A program made the translations under genes and the position numbers. The notes under the pieces were generated by a model. The model did not search any database and was not told the DNA's origin. It saw nothing but the letters and a program-made list of their open reading frames with translations. Below are positions 42,638 through 52,363 of a stretch of 64,000 nt of DNA, piece by piece (within the stretch, counting starts at the first letter, position 1; every line of letters starts with the position of its first letter). Source of the DNA: a bacterium BMS3Abin14 (GTDB taxonomy: Bacteria; BMS3Abin14); NCBI GenBank assembly GCA_002897695.1, contig BDTG01000028.1:7329-71328 (forward strand). The letters are read 5' to 3'.

Positions 42638-43041
42638 TCCACCTCTCATCATTGGATCTTGCTGCCTTGCTTCGGGTGTTGGATCAGAACTGGTACCAGA
42701 TTTCAATGAAGATGAATCTATCCCCGGAAGTTCGCCATTTTGTTAAAGAAATGCAGACAGTTCGCAATCGGTGGGCGCACGCCGGCAGTGAAGGATTTCC
42801 GGTCGACGATGTATACCGTGACTTGGACACCCTGCAACGTTTTGCCACAGTCATTGAGGCGGACGAAGCTCTGCTTCAAGAAGTACGGTGGAGGGTGAGA
42901 CGCAGACATACTACGCATCGCAACTCAAAGCTGAAGACCGGCAGGAAGCCGAGTCCCGATTCTTGCCGTGCGAGGAATTTCATTCCTACCTCACCGCGCT
43001 GCAAATTCGATATCCGGGACTCTCCACGCTCTATTCCTTGA
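42571..43041 (+). pseudogene. Swt1/sacsin-type HEPN domain ORF (R-N-x3-H motif RNRWAH), frameshifted into the SNF2 helicase gene
   Basis: HEPN Rx4-6H motif and helical pattern. The last 50 codons are Arg-rich out-of-frame translation of the helicase 5' region. Frame 0 has a stop at 42855. Confidence 0.5.
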
Positions 43042-45851
43042 ATGCCGCACGAGCCGATTTTATCCCCTATCAGTTCCGGCCCGTCTTGCGGTTTATCAGA
43101 TCAGACCGTCCTCGATTGCTGGTCGCCGATGGCGTGGGCGTCGGCAAGACAATCGAAGCGGGTCTGATTCTCCGAGAACTGCAGGCACGACGAGATATAC
43201 GCTCGATCCTCATCATATGCCCTCGCCCTCTTGTTACCGAGCGTAAGTGGCAGATTGAGATGAAGCGGTTTGAAGAGCGTTTTATTCATCTTGACGGTGG
43301 GACGCTCAGGTATTGCATAAACGAAATGGATTTGGAAGGAACCTGGCCAGAGCAGCACCAGCGAGTCATCATCCCATATTCCTTATTCGACGAAGTCCTT
43401 CTCTATGGCTCGGGCTCTGACGGCAAACGAAAGTGCAAAAAGGGGTTGTTGGATTTGGACCCACCCCCTCGCTTCGATCTGGTTATCGTGGATGAGGCGC
43501 ACCACATCCGGAATCAGGATACGTTCAGCCACAAAGCCGTGCGGTTTTTCTGTGACCATGCGGAAGCCGTGGTCTTTCTGACAGCGACGCCGATTCAACT
43601 TGGCAGCCATGACCTCTTTGTTTTGCTGAACACCCTCCGCCCCGACCTTATTATCGACCAAGAGAGCTTTGAGCACATGTCAGAGCCGAATCCGTTTATA
43701 AACCAAGCGGTCGCATTGGCGCGTGCCCAGGAACCGGACTGGACGACCCAGGCCAATGAAGCTCTCGATCAGGCTGCTGGGACACCCTGGGGACAATCGA
43801 TTCTTAAACATAATCCTGAATTCAACCGCATACATACTCTAATTTCGAAAGGCAAAATCGGATTGGAGGAGCGTGTACAGCTGATTACCGACCTCGAGGC
43901 GTTACATACCTTCTCCGGGATAATCAATCGAACGCGACGCCGCGATATCGGGGAGTTCACGATCCGAAATCCGGAAACCGTGGTTGTTGAATTTACCCCC
44001 CCCCAAAAAGAGCTTCATGACGAACTGATTCAAGTCCAGGCGGAGATATTCAGCAGACTTCATGGGGATGTTAACGTCAAGTTCATGATGACAACAATTA
44101 GACGTCAGGCTGCGAGCTGCCTTTTCGGCCTCGCCCCTTTCCTTGACGAAATTCTCAACCGGCATCTTGATGAATTATCATGGGAGGAGGCCGACAACAC
44201 CGAACCAGTTCCACAAAGCGACATCATCGATAGCATCGAATCACGAATTAAAACCATCCTTGAGAAGGCGCGTGCTCTCGATCCGAATGACCCCAAGCTT
44301 GACGCTCTCCGTAAAGTCATAAGAGACAAGCAGGGTCTGCCAAACAACAAAGTGATGCTTTTTAGCAGTTTTCGGCACACGCTTCACTATCTCTATGAAC
44401 ATCTGAACGCAGATAGTTTTCGGGTTGGAATGATTCATGGCGGCACACCTGACGAGGACCGTGTCGATCTTCGTAACCGCTTTGAGATGCAGCGAGATCA
44501 GGATAACGGTCTCGACGTTCTTCTGTTTTCCGAGATCGGTTGTGAAGGCTTGGACTACCAGTTCTGTGATTGCATTGTGAACTATGACCTGCCCTGGAAT
44601 CCGATGCGGATTGAGCAGAGAATAGGACGAATTGACCGCTGGGGGCAGAAAAGTGAAAAGGTGGCTATCTTCAATATGATTACGCCAGGGACTGTGGACG
44701 CGGACATCTATGAACGCTGTCTGGTTCGCATAGGAGTGTTCAATAATGCCCTGGGCGGTAGTGAAGAGATACTTGGTGAAATCAGTCGAGAAATTCGTAA
44801 TATTGCGGATAACTTCTCTCTGAGTGAAGCTGAGCGCGGAGAGCAGTTCCAACAATTAGCGGACAATAAGATCAGGCTAATACAAGAACAGGATGACCTC
44901 GAGCAGAAACAACTTGAGCTATTCGGCATCCGTCTTCCTCAAGACCAAATGAAGCGGGAAATCGAACAGGCGTCGAGTTTCTGGCTGTCTCCCTCTTCAA
45001 TACGAAGGCTCATAACGATTTACCTTCAGCGGGTTTGCGGAAAGGAACAGGAGTTCATACTCGGCGAGAAAGCACTGAAAACGCTTCGGCTTTCGCAAGA
45101 ATCAAGGAGTAGTGTACTACGGGATTTTCAAAGACTACCCCGCCAGAACACGTCCGCGTATCGAGAATGGGAAAACTGGTTGAAGGGTGGCAACCCTCAT
45201 CTTCTAATGACCTTCGAGTCCGAGTGCGCTTCGCACCACCCTGAGGCCGTTTTCATTATGCCCCTCCATCCCTTGGTAAAACAGGCGGCCATGGCATTCG
45301 ATGCCAGAAAGCGCGTATTTACAGCCCTGAAGGTTAACAGCAATGATGTCCCGAAAGGCAGATACGAATTCGCCATCTTCCAATGGCAGTTCCATGGCGT
45401 TAGGGAGGATTTGGTCTTGCGGCCTGTTGCTTCCTCGGACGTGGTGACCGAACACCTTCCAGGTCTTGTTGAGAAAGCGGAAGGAGATCCCACTGGAAGG
45501 ATCGACGTCGCAGATCCCGCCATTTGGGATGGTCTGGATGCGCAGCATCACAGGCTGTGGTCTGAAGCACGCAAAAACCATCAACGAAAGACCCAGGAAC
45601 TGGCTGAATACCGGAGGGAGAGTTTGACAACGAGCCACAGAGCCCGGATCTCACTTCTTGAAGAACAACTGGGTCAAGCGAGTAATGACAAAATCAGGCG
45701 GATGCGCCAAGCTCAAATTGCAGCGGCTGAAGCGGATTACGCGCGTCGCATTCAAGAATTGGATATTGCTATGGAACGGGCCGATATTACCGCCCAACCG
45801 GTGGCGTATGGGGTAATCCACATCGATGGAGGGTTGTCGGATGCCGAGTGA
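42888..45851 (+). CDS. SNF2/Rad54-family superfamily-2 helicase (DEAH), about 350-aa C-terminal region of unknown function
   Basis: Motif I DGVGVGKT, II VIVDEAHHIRN, III FLTATPIQ, V LFSEIGCEGLDY, VI QRIGRIDRWGQ. GTG start; possibly originally fused to the upstream HEPN. Confidence 0.85.
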   Translation: MEGETQTYYASQLKAEDRQEAESRFLPCEEFHSYLTALQIRYPGLSTLYSLNAARADFIPYQFRPVLRFIRSDRPRLLVADGVGVGKTIEAGLILRELQARRDIRSILIICPRPLVTERKWQIEMKRFEERFIHLDGGTLRYCINEMDLEGTWPEQHQRVIIPYSLFDEVLLYGSGSDGKRKCKKGLLDLDPPPRFDLVIVDEAHHIRNQDTFSHKAVRFFCDHAEAVVFLTATPIQLGSHDLFVLLNTLRPDLIIDQESFEHMSEPNPFINQAVALARAQEPDWTTQANEALDQAAGTPWGQSILKHNPEFNRIHTLISKGKIGLEERVQLITDLEALHTFSGIINRTRRRDIGEFTIRNPETVVVEFTPPQKELHDELIQVQAEIFSRLHGDVNVKFMMTTIRRQAASCLFGLAPFLDEILNRHLDELSWEEADNTEPVPQSDIIDSIESRIKTILEKARALDPNDPKLDALRKVIRDKQGLPNNKVMLFSSFRHTLHYLYEHLNADSFRVGMIHGGTPDEDRVDLRNRFEMQRDQDNGLDVLLFSEIGCEGLDYQFCDCIVNYDLPWNPMRIEQRIGRIDRWGQKSEKVAIFNMITPGTVDADIYERCLVRIGVFNNALGGSEEILGEISREIRNIADNFSLSEAERGEQFQQLADNKIRLIQEQDDLEQKQLELFGIRLPQDQMKREIEQASSFWLSPSSIRRLITIYLQRVCGKEQEFILGEKALKTLRLSQESRSSVLRDFQRLPRQNTSAYREWENWLKGGNPHLLMTFESECASHHPEAVFIMPLHPLVKQAAMAFDARKRVFTALKVNSNDVPKGRYEFAIFQWQFHGVREDLVLRPVASSDVVTEHLPGLVEKAEGDPTGRIDVADPAIWDGLDAQHHRLWSEARKNHQRKTQELAEYRRESLTTSHRARISLLEEQLGQASNDKIRRMRQAQIAAAEADYARRIQELDIAMERADITAQPVAYGVIHIDGGLSDAE

Positions 45852-48800
45852 CTACGAACAGATTTGCAAGGATAATATTCGCCGTCGTGGTGAGGAATTT
45901 GACGACATAGGTCAGCTCATATCAGAACAACTCCACAGTGATCGCACACATTTTATCTACGAGCTTCTTCAAAACGCTGAAGATGCACTAGGGCGTCGCA
46001 AGCGAAACAATCCAGAAAGTGAATTGCCCACCAACGTTAAGTTTCTTCTCTATAAAGATAGAATGGAATTTAGACACTTCGGGGAAAACTTTAACATAGA
46101 AGATGTAAAAGGCATTTCAAACGTTCTTAAAGGCACCAAGTCCGAAGATAAGACTCAAATTGGAAAATTTGGCATAGGATTTAAGTCAGTATATGCATTT
46201 ACTTCAACACCAGAAATTCACTCTGGAGCCGAACATTTTATTATCGAACGATATATTCGACCTCGAAGCGCTGATAAATTTCCACAAATAGCCAGCGGAG
46301 AGACAACCTTTGTTTTCCCCTTCAATCATAAAGACCTTTCAAAAGAACAAGCATTTCAGCTCATAGAAGAGAAGCTGAAAAAGATTGGTTCCCGCATCTT
46401 ACTTTTCCTGGGTAACATAACGGAAATTAAATGGAAAATTGAAGACCAAGATGAAGGACTATATCTTAAAGAATCAAAACAGCAAGGCCAGTTCGCCCAA
46501 AAGGTTACTGTGATAGGACAGCACGGAAATGAAAATGAAGAAGAGGAGTGGCTTGTTTTCAGACGACAGATTGAGGCTGGGAATTCATCTTTTGAGAGTT
46601 TTGTTGAAGTAGCATTCAGATTAAAAAATGATGTAAAATTAGAAAGAGAAATTATACAGAAAATTGAATCTTCTCCATTGATTGTTTATTTCCCCACAAA
46701 ACTTGAGACGCGTTTTGGTTTTTTTGTTCATGGTCCTTATGACACTACTGCTTCGCGTTCGGACATTGAAAATAACGAATGGAATAGAAGACTAATCATC
46801 GAAACGGCAGATCTTTTAACCGAAATAGTCTTGCCTTGGTTAAAGGAAAATAGGTTATTAACTCCCAGTTTTCTTGAGGCTCTACCAATCAGACTCGATG
46901 TATTTCCACAAGATAGCTTATTTCGGCCAATATATGAAAAGGTGCGGGGTGCACTAAGAAATCAAGATTTTCTTCCGACAACAGATGGTAATTACGTTGC
47001 CGGGAAGCGTGCAGTGCTCGCTCGCGCTGAAGACCTTGTGAACTTAATGAGCTCGGAACAACTTTCCTTCCTATTAAGCAAATCGATAAAATTAGAATGG
47101 CTTACAACAGATATAACGGAAAATAAAAAAGATATCCATCGATATTTAGTTGGTTGGAAGCCAGGCTACTACGATACTGGAGAGGAGACAGAATCACTTA
47201 TTGTTGCTGAGATTCGCCCACAAGATTTAATTGAAAAACTTACGTCTGATTTCCTAGAGGCGCAAAGTATCACCTGGCTACTTAAATTTTATGCTTTTTG
47301 TGAAAAACGCCCCACACTTATTGACAAGTTAAAAAATAAACCTGTTGTTCGTCTCGAAGAAGGTCCTTATGTTATTCCATTCAAGCAAGACGGTTCTCCT
47401 AATGCTTACTTGCCACCTGAAAACGATACAGAGTTTCCAGTGGTGTCCAGAAAAATATCTAAAGATGAAAAGGCGCTTGAATTCCTCAAGAAATTAGGGC
47501 TCACAAAGCCTGATGCAGTTGCTGAAGTGATAGAACATGTTCTTCCCAAATACAGGCAATCTAATCCTGATATCTCAGATGATGAACATCGCCAGGACAT
47601 AAAAAAAATCCTAAAGGCTTACGAAACTGACTCTCAAAAAAAGAAGAGAAGACTGATAGAACAGTTACAGGCAACGGAGTTTATTTTTACGGAAACACCC
47701 GGCATAGAAACGACCAGTTTCAGAAGGCCAATTGACGCGTATTTCTGGAGTAATGAGTTGGAAGCATACTTTTCTGGCAGCAACACAGTTGGTTTCGTTA
47801 GGCCAGAATTTTATAATCAGTCCGTCTTGGCGGTTTTCGAAGATCTGGGAGTCACTGATAAGATACGAATACGATGTAAGTCAAAAAATGGTTCAGTGGA
47901 TTACATGCAGCTTGAATATAAGAATTGGCATAGGCGTGGGCTAAGAGGTTTTGATCCAGATATTCAAATAGACGGAATCCAATATGCCATAAAGAATCCA
48001 TCAGGTGAAAAGAGCAAAATCATTTGGAACGAAGTAGCGGTAAAGTACAGTCATTGCATTAAGGGCAAAATTATAAGATCAAGCCGGCAAGATTTTTCAC
48101 TGAATGCAAGCGTCTACGAAGAAGAGGAATTAACGTCAAATTTTGGCCGATTATTGATGGACACCCCTTGGCTGCCAGATAAGCAAGACAACTTTCATAA
48201 ACCCGCTGAACTCAAGCTCGACGATCTACCGGAATCATTTGTTCGTGATGAAAAACCGGTCAACCAGTTAGGTATGAAGAAAGATGTTGTCGCTAAACTT
48301 GCGGAAGAAGCAGGTATTTCATTAGATAATATCGAAAAGGCCAAGAAAATTGCTGAAGCCTCTCCAGAAGTCAAAGAACAAATTGACTTATTGCTCTCTA
48401 ATTCCAACGAAAAACAGCCGGAATTCCCCCGAAAAGCCTCATCGAATGTTGACCGCCGCAGAAAAAAAACAACTGAAAAATACCATAAGGCACCCAAAAA
48501 GAAATATGAAAAGAAACCTTACAGTAAAAAGGTTACTGAAAATACTATAGATCCCAAAATTTGGCTGAGAGAAACATATACGAACAAAGAAAGGCAGATG
48601 ATTTGCCAAATATGCCAGAATGAAATGCCCTTCAAAAAGAAGGATAGCCAGTATTATTTTGAAGCCGTCGAATTATTGAATGATTTTGATCGCGAGATGG
48701 AAGAGTTTTATATTGCCCTGTGCCCCCTATGTGCGGCTATGTATAACGAATTTGTGAAACATGACAAAGGTGCCATGGAGCCTTTGAAAAACGCGTTGAT

Positions 48801-48912
48801 AAATTCGGACGACGCTGAAGTCCCGCTGCAGCTTGGAGAGCTGGACACAAGTGTCCGGTTTGTCGAGACCCATTATCACGATATACAGACTATTCTCGAG
48901 GAGCGAAAATAA
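45841..48912 (+). CDS. sacsin/Hsp90-like GHKL ATPase domain protein (1028 aa) with C-terminal CxxC-N35-CxxC zinc ribbon
   Basis: N-box IYELLQNAEDA and G2-box IGKFGIGFKSVYAF at the N-terminus. Long mixed middle region. C-terminal CQICQN...CPLCAAMY. Start overlaps the helicase stop (ATGccgagTGA). Confidence 0.8.
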   Translation: MPSDYEQICKDNIRRRGEEFDDIGQLISEQLHSDRTHFIYELLQNAEDALGRRKRNNPESELPTNVKFLLYKDRMEFRHFGENFNIEDVKGISNVLKGTKSEDKTQIGKFGIGFKSVYAFTSTPEIHSGAEHFIIERYIRPRSADKFPQIASGETTFVFPFNHKDLSKEQAFQLIEEKLKKIGSRILLFLGNITEIKWKIEDQDEGLYLKESKQQGQFAQKVTVIGQHGNENEEEEWLVFRRQIEAGNSSFESFVEVAFRLKNDVKLEREIIQKIESSPLIVYFPTKLETRFGFFVHGPYDTTASRSDIENNEWNRRLIIETADLLTEIVLPWLKENRLLTPSFLEALPIRLDVFPQDSLFRPIYEKVRGALRNQDFLPTTDGNYVAGKRAVLARAEDLVNLMSSEQLSFLLSKSIKLEWLTTDITENKKDIHRYLVGWKPGYYDTGEETESLIVAEIRPQDLIEKLTSDFLEAQSITWLLKFYAFCEKRPTLIDKLKNKPVVRLEEGPYVIPFKQDGSPNAYLPPENDTEFPVVSRKISKDEKALEFLKKLGLTKPDAVAEVIEHVLPKYRQSNPDISDDEHRQDIKKILKAYETDSQKKKRRLIEQLQATEFIFTETPGIETTSFRRPIDAYFWSNELEAYFSGSNTVGFVRPEFYNQSVLAVFEDLGVTDKIRIRCKSKNGSVDYMQLEYKNWHRRGLRGFDPDIQIDGIQYAIKNPSGEKSKIIWNEVAVKYSHCIKGKIIRSSRQDFSLNASVYEEEELTSNFGRLLMDTPWLPDKQDNFHKPAELKLDDLPESFVRDEKPVNQLGMKKDVVAKLAEEAGISLDNIEKAKKIAEASPEVKEQIDLLLSNSNEKQPEFPRKASSNVDRRRKKTTEKYHKAPKKKYEKKPYSKKVTENTIDPKIWLRETYTNKERQMICQICQNEMPFKKKDSQYYFEAVELLNDFDREMEEFYIALCPLCAAMYNEFVKHDKGAMEPLKNALINSDDAEVPLQLGELDTSVRFVETHYHDIQTILEERK

Positions 48913-49248
48913 GTTCGCTCGGTGGCCATTGCGAGCAATTCTCTACATGCGTAGGCCTAATTTTACTGCCAGATATCAAGCGAAGACTGAGGCAATTGTT
49001 CGGGCCGGAACGGCTTCAAGACAGGGTGAGTCATGATGTTTGAAGCCGCGTCGGGCCTATGCAGCTCCCCCCAAATGAAAGATCAAGAGGCTCGGCGGAA
49101 TCTGGAACCCGAGACGAAAGCTTCGAGGAAGCCCTTGTGTCAGAGACAGTTAAGGCAATGGGACGTGTATGGGAGCATTGAGGTAACGAAGTGTTATCTA
49201 TGTCCTGAACTAAAAGTGTTGCCCCTGTCCTGATTGCTCCCCCGCATC

Positions 49249-49315
49249 CCTCAAACCTCAAACTTGCCCTTCCCCGTTGGACGTTGGACATTCTTTCTCA
49301 CGTTGAACGTTGGAC
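49249..49315. repeat. right imperfect inverted repeat of the island
   Basis: Reverse complement matches 41588-41629 and 41743-41768. Confidence 0.75.
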
Positions 49316-49431
49316 TTAATGGTAGTTCCCCGACTTTCGGAACAATGTGGTGTTTTTGCCACACATTATCCTTGTTGAGATACTCCTAAATGATATAATC
49401 TCCAGCAATCTGCCAATAAAAATGTGTATCC

Positions 49432-50052
49432 GTGCGTACGCAAGGGAGACTCCCGATAACTGTGAACTGCGAAATCCGGCGTGTAACAGGCTGCCTTCTC
49501 ATCTTCCTGGCGCTCCAGACCCTCCTTTCACCGGGGCTTGCCGTTGCCGCCGCGGGGAGGAAGCCGGTCATCTCTGAGGTAACACTCAGGGCTGGGCAGC
49601 AGGATGTCCTTCTTTCGGCGAAACTCGATGCCCCTATCAGTGAGAAGGTAAGGGAAGCCGTTATGGGGGGGGTCCCCCTGACATTTCGATACAAAATCAG
49701 GCTGACAAAAAAAGGGGCTCCTCTGGGAGAAAGGATTCTCCGCACGGAGGATGTCGTCCACACAATTCAGTACAACCCTGTGAAGAAGATTTTCGATTTC
49801 AAGACAGAGGGGTACAGGGATGATCTTCAGAAAACAACGAAGGATGCGAACGAGGCTTTCAGGTGGATGTCCAGGGTAGAGGAATGGCATCTCTACCCTC
49901 TGAAAAAGCTCAGGAGCCATGTGCGGTATCGGGTCAGGGTTATGGCGACCTTAAATTCGGTGGAACTACCCTCTGTTCTGGGATACCTCTTTTTCTTCAC
50001 GAGCATCTTCAACAGTGACACCCCCTGGAAACAGGTGGAATTTTCCTATTAG
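49432..50052 (+). CDS. DUF4390-type periplasmic protein (signal peptide)
   Basis: N-terminal hydrophobic signal. Typical small gene preceding NtrY-like kinases. Confidence 0.6.
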   Translation: MRTQGRLPITVNCEIRRVTGCLLIFLALQTLLSPGLAVAAAGRKPVISEVTLRAGQQDVLLSAKLDAPISEKVREAVMGGVPLTFRYKIRLTKKGAPLGERILRTEDVVHTIQYNPVKKIFDFKTEGYRDDLQKTTKDANEAFRWMSRVEEWHLYPLKKLRSHVRYRVRVMATLNSVELPSVLGYLFFFTSIFNSDTPWKQVEFSY

Positions 50053-50054
50053 GA

Positions 50055-52274
50055 GTGATTTTGCCGGCTAAACTCCCAAAGATTCTGGATGTAAGATCAC
50101 GGCTGACCGCCATCGTCCTTCTTGTCCTTCTCATAGGGCTGGCTCTTTTTTTTGGTAGCCGGTACAGGGATTTTCAGTCCGCCGTCCCCAGGGGCGGGAA
50201 TCTCTTTGTTTTTTTTCTGATCAATATCAATGTTCTTCTGGTCACGGTACTCATCTTTCTTCTGGCCCGGAACGTCATCAAACTGTTCTACGAAGGCCGA
50301 AGAAAGGTTTTTGGCTATCACCTCAGGGCTAAACTGGTACTGATCCTTGCCGGGTTTTCCCTTATTCCCACTATCCTGCTTCTCTTCGTGGCCGAAGGGT
50401 TTATTTCCGACAGTGTGCGGTACTGGTTCAATATCAATGTGGAGCAGGCAGTTGAGGACAGCGTTTCCATCTCCCGGGACTATTATTCGACCATGACCGG
50501 TCGAGCCAGGGTGCTGGCTCAAAGGGTTTCGGACCGCCTTGGGGAGATTGATGGAGAGAAAGACATTGGCGATCGGCTTGAAGCTGTTCGAAAGGATTAT
50601 TCGGTTTCCGACATTGAACTATTCGACCATTATGGACAACGTATTGCCGATGCCTGGGACGGATTGGGACCGCAGGAGGTGACTGACCCCCAAAGCAGTC
50701 TGGTCCAGAACGCAAGTGTCGGCAGGGTTGTTGACGGTATCGGCAAGGCCATGAAAGGAGAGTTTATCAAGGGGGCGGCTCCTCTTATGACACCCCGGGG
50801 TCAGGGCGCTGTGATCGTCTCTATATTCGTTCCGGAAAATGTCAGGGCAAAGGCCGAGAACATTGCCAAGACCTACCGTGGCTACACTGAGATGAAGCTG
50901 CTGAAAAAACCCATATATACCAACTACAGGGCCTATCTTATTTTCCTGGCCATGCTCATCCTGTTTTCCGCATCCTGGCTGGGTTTTTACATTGCACGCA
51001 GCATTACCGTTCCCATCCAGTCCCTCGCCGAGGGGGCGGAAAAGGTCGCCGGCGGGGATCTTTCGGTCCGTGTTGATGTTACGGCAACGGACGAGATCGG
51101 TATCCTCGTTCAGGCCTTCAACCGGATGACGGGTGAGCTGGAAGAGGGCAGGCTGCGGCTCGAGAAGGCCCATGGTGACCTGGAGAAAGCATACTTCGAA
51201 AATGAACAGCGACGCACCTACATAGAGACGGTTTTAAGGGATGTCGGCACGGGCGTAGTTTCCATGGATATGGAGGGGAGGATCAACACCTTCAACCGTG
51301 CAGCCGAGGTCATGTTTGTGGTCAACCCGGAGGATGTGCTCGGGAGATGTATTGACGACCTCCTGGGGGCGGAGCATGTTCGTGTCATGCGCGGAATGCT
51401 GAAGGCGGCTCTCGATTCGGACCTCCGAAACGTCAGGCGTGAAATCCCGATCGTAGTCGCCGGAACACCCCTTATTCTCCGCCTGAATATCAGTGTCCTG
51501 GATGATCCGGCAGGAAAGCCCATGGGGTTTGTCCTCGTTCTGGAGGATATGACGCAACTCGTCAACGCCCAGAAAAAAGCGGCATGGTCTGAAGTGGCAA
51601 CCCGGATTGCCCACGAAATAAAAAATCCGCTGACCCCCATAAAACTTTCCGCGGAAAGGATCAGGAAGAGGCTTATGGGGCATCTGGATGAGGAGGATGC
51701 CCGAATTATGAGTGAAGGAACCGCGTCAATAATCAGGGAGGTTGACTGGATGCGGAGTTTGGTTAACGAATTTTCCCAATTCGCCCGGCTTCCTGTGCTT
51801 ACTTCCGTTCCGGGGGACATTAACGGGACAATCAGTGAAGTGACTGCACTATATAGCGGCGGAAAATCAATGAAAATGAAAATTGGGATGCAGCTTGAAC
51901 CTGATCTGCCTGTTATAAGTTTTGACCACGAGCAGATACGCAGGGTGCTGATCAATCTCATTGACAACGCCATCAAGGCCGTTGAGGAAAAAGGAGAAGG
52001 GGAGATATTGGTTTCAACCAACCTCCTGAGGACCCATGGCATACTTGAAATATCCGTGGCTGATACGGGGGTCGGGGTTCGGGAGAATCTTCGGAACAGG
52101 ATTTTCGAGCCCTATTTCAGCACAAGAGAGGATGGGTCCGGATTAGGCCTGGCGATTACCCAGAGGATCGTAGAGGAGCATGGCGGAACGATCACCCATA
52201 TGGAAAACCACCCAAGCGGAAGCGTGTTTTCAGTCAGGATACCGGTTGACATTGATCCCGGAAGGCGAGCCTGA
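50055..52274 (+). CDS. sensor histidine kinase (2TM-HAMP-PAS-HisKA-HATPase; NtrY/AtoS-like)
   Basis: H-box IAHEIKNPLTPI and N/G boxes (LIDNAIKA, GLGLAI). GTG start. Confidence 0.85.
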   Translation: MILPAKLPKILDVRSRLTAIVLLVLLIGLALFFGSRYRDFQSAVPRGGNLFVFFLININVLLVTVLIFLLARNVIKLFYEGRRKVFGYHLRAKLVLILAGFSLIPTILLLFVAEGFISDSVRYWFNINVEQAVEDSVSISRDYYSTMTGRARVLAQRVSDRLGEIDGEKDIGDRLEAVRKDYSVSDIELFDHYGQRIADAWDGLGPQEVTDPQSSLVQNASVGRVVDGIGKAMKGEFIKGAAPLMTPRGQGAVIVSIFVPENVRAKAENIAKTYRGYTEMKLLKKPIYTNYRAYLIFLAMLILFSASWLGFYIARSITVPIQSLAEGAEKVAGGDLSVRVDVTATDEIGILVQAFNRMTGELEEGRLRLEKAHGDLEKAYFENEQRRTYIETVLRDVGTGVVSMDMEGRINTFNRAAEVMFVVNPEDVLGRCIDDLLGAEHVRVMRGMLKAALDSDLRNVRREIPIVVAGTPLILRLNISVLDDPAGKPMGFVLVLEDMTQLVNAQKKAAWSEVATRIAHEIKNPLTPIKLSAERIRKRLMGHLDEEDARIMSEGTASIIREVDWMRSLVNEFSQFARLPVLTSVPGDINGTISEVTALYSGGKSMKMKIGMQLEPDLPVISFDHEQIRRVLINLIDNAIKAVEEKGEGEILVSTNLLRTHGILEISVADTGVGVRENLRNRIFEPYFSTREDGSGLGLAITQRIVEEHGGTITHMENHPSGSVFSVRIPVDIDPGRRA

Positions 52275-52363
52275 CCCCGATTGATGACTTCGCAGGAAGT
52301 CACCGAAGCGCCCACTGAGGGGCGTTCAATTCGAAAAGTCCGGAAGGAAAAGGAGGTAATGGT

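Noticed and set aside
49316-49431. Possible sigma-54 promoter (TGGTGtttttGCCAC) upstream of the DUF4390 gene
   Set aside because: GG-to-GC spacing is 7, not 10. More likely a small inverted repeat (AATGTG...CACATT).
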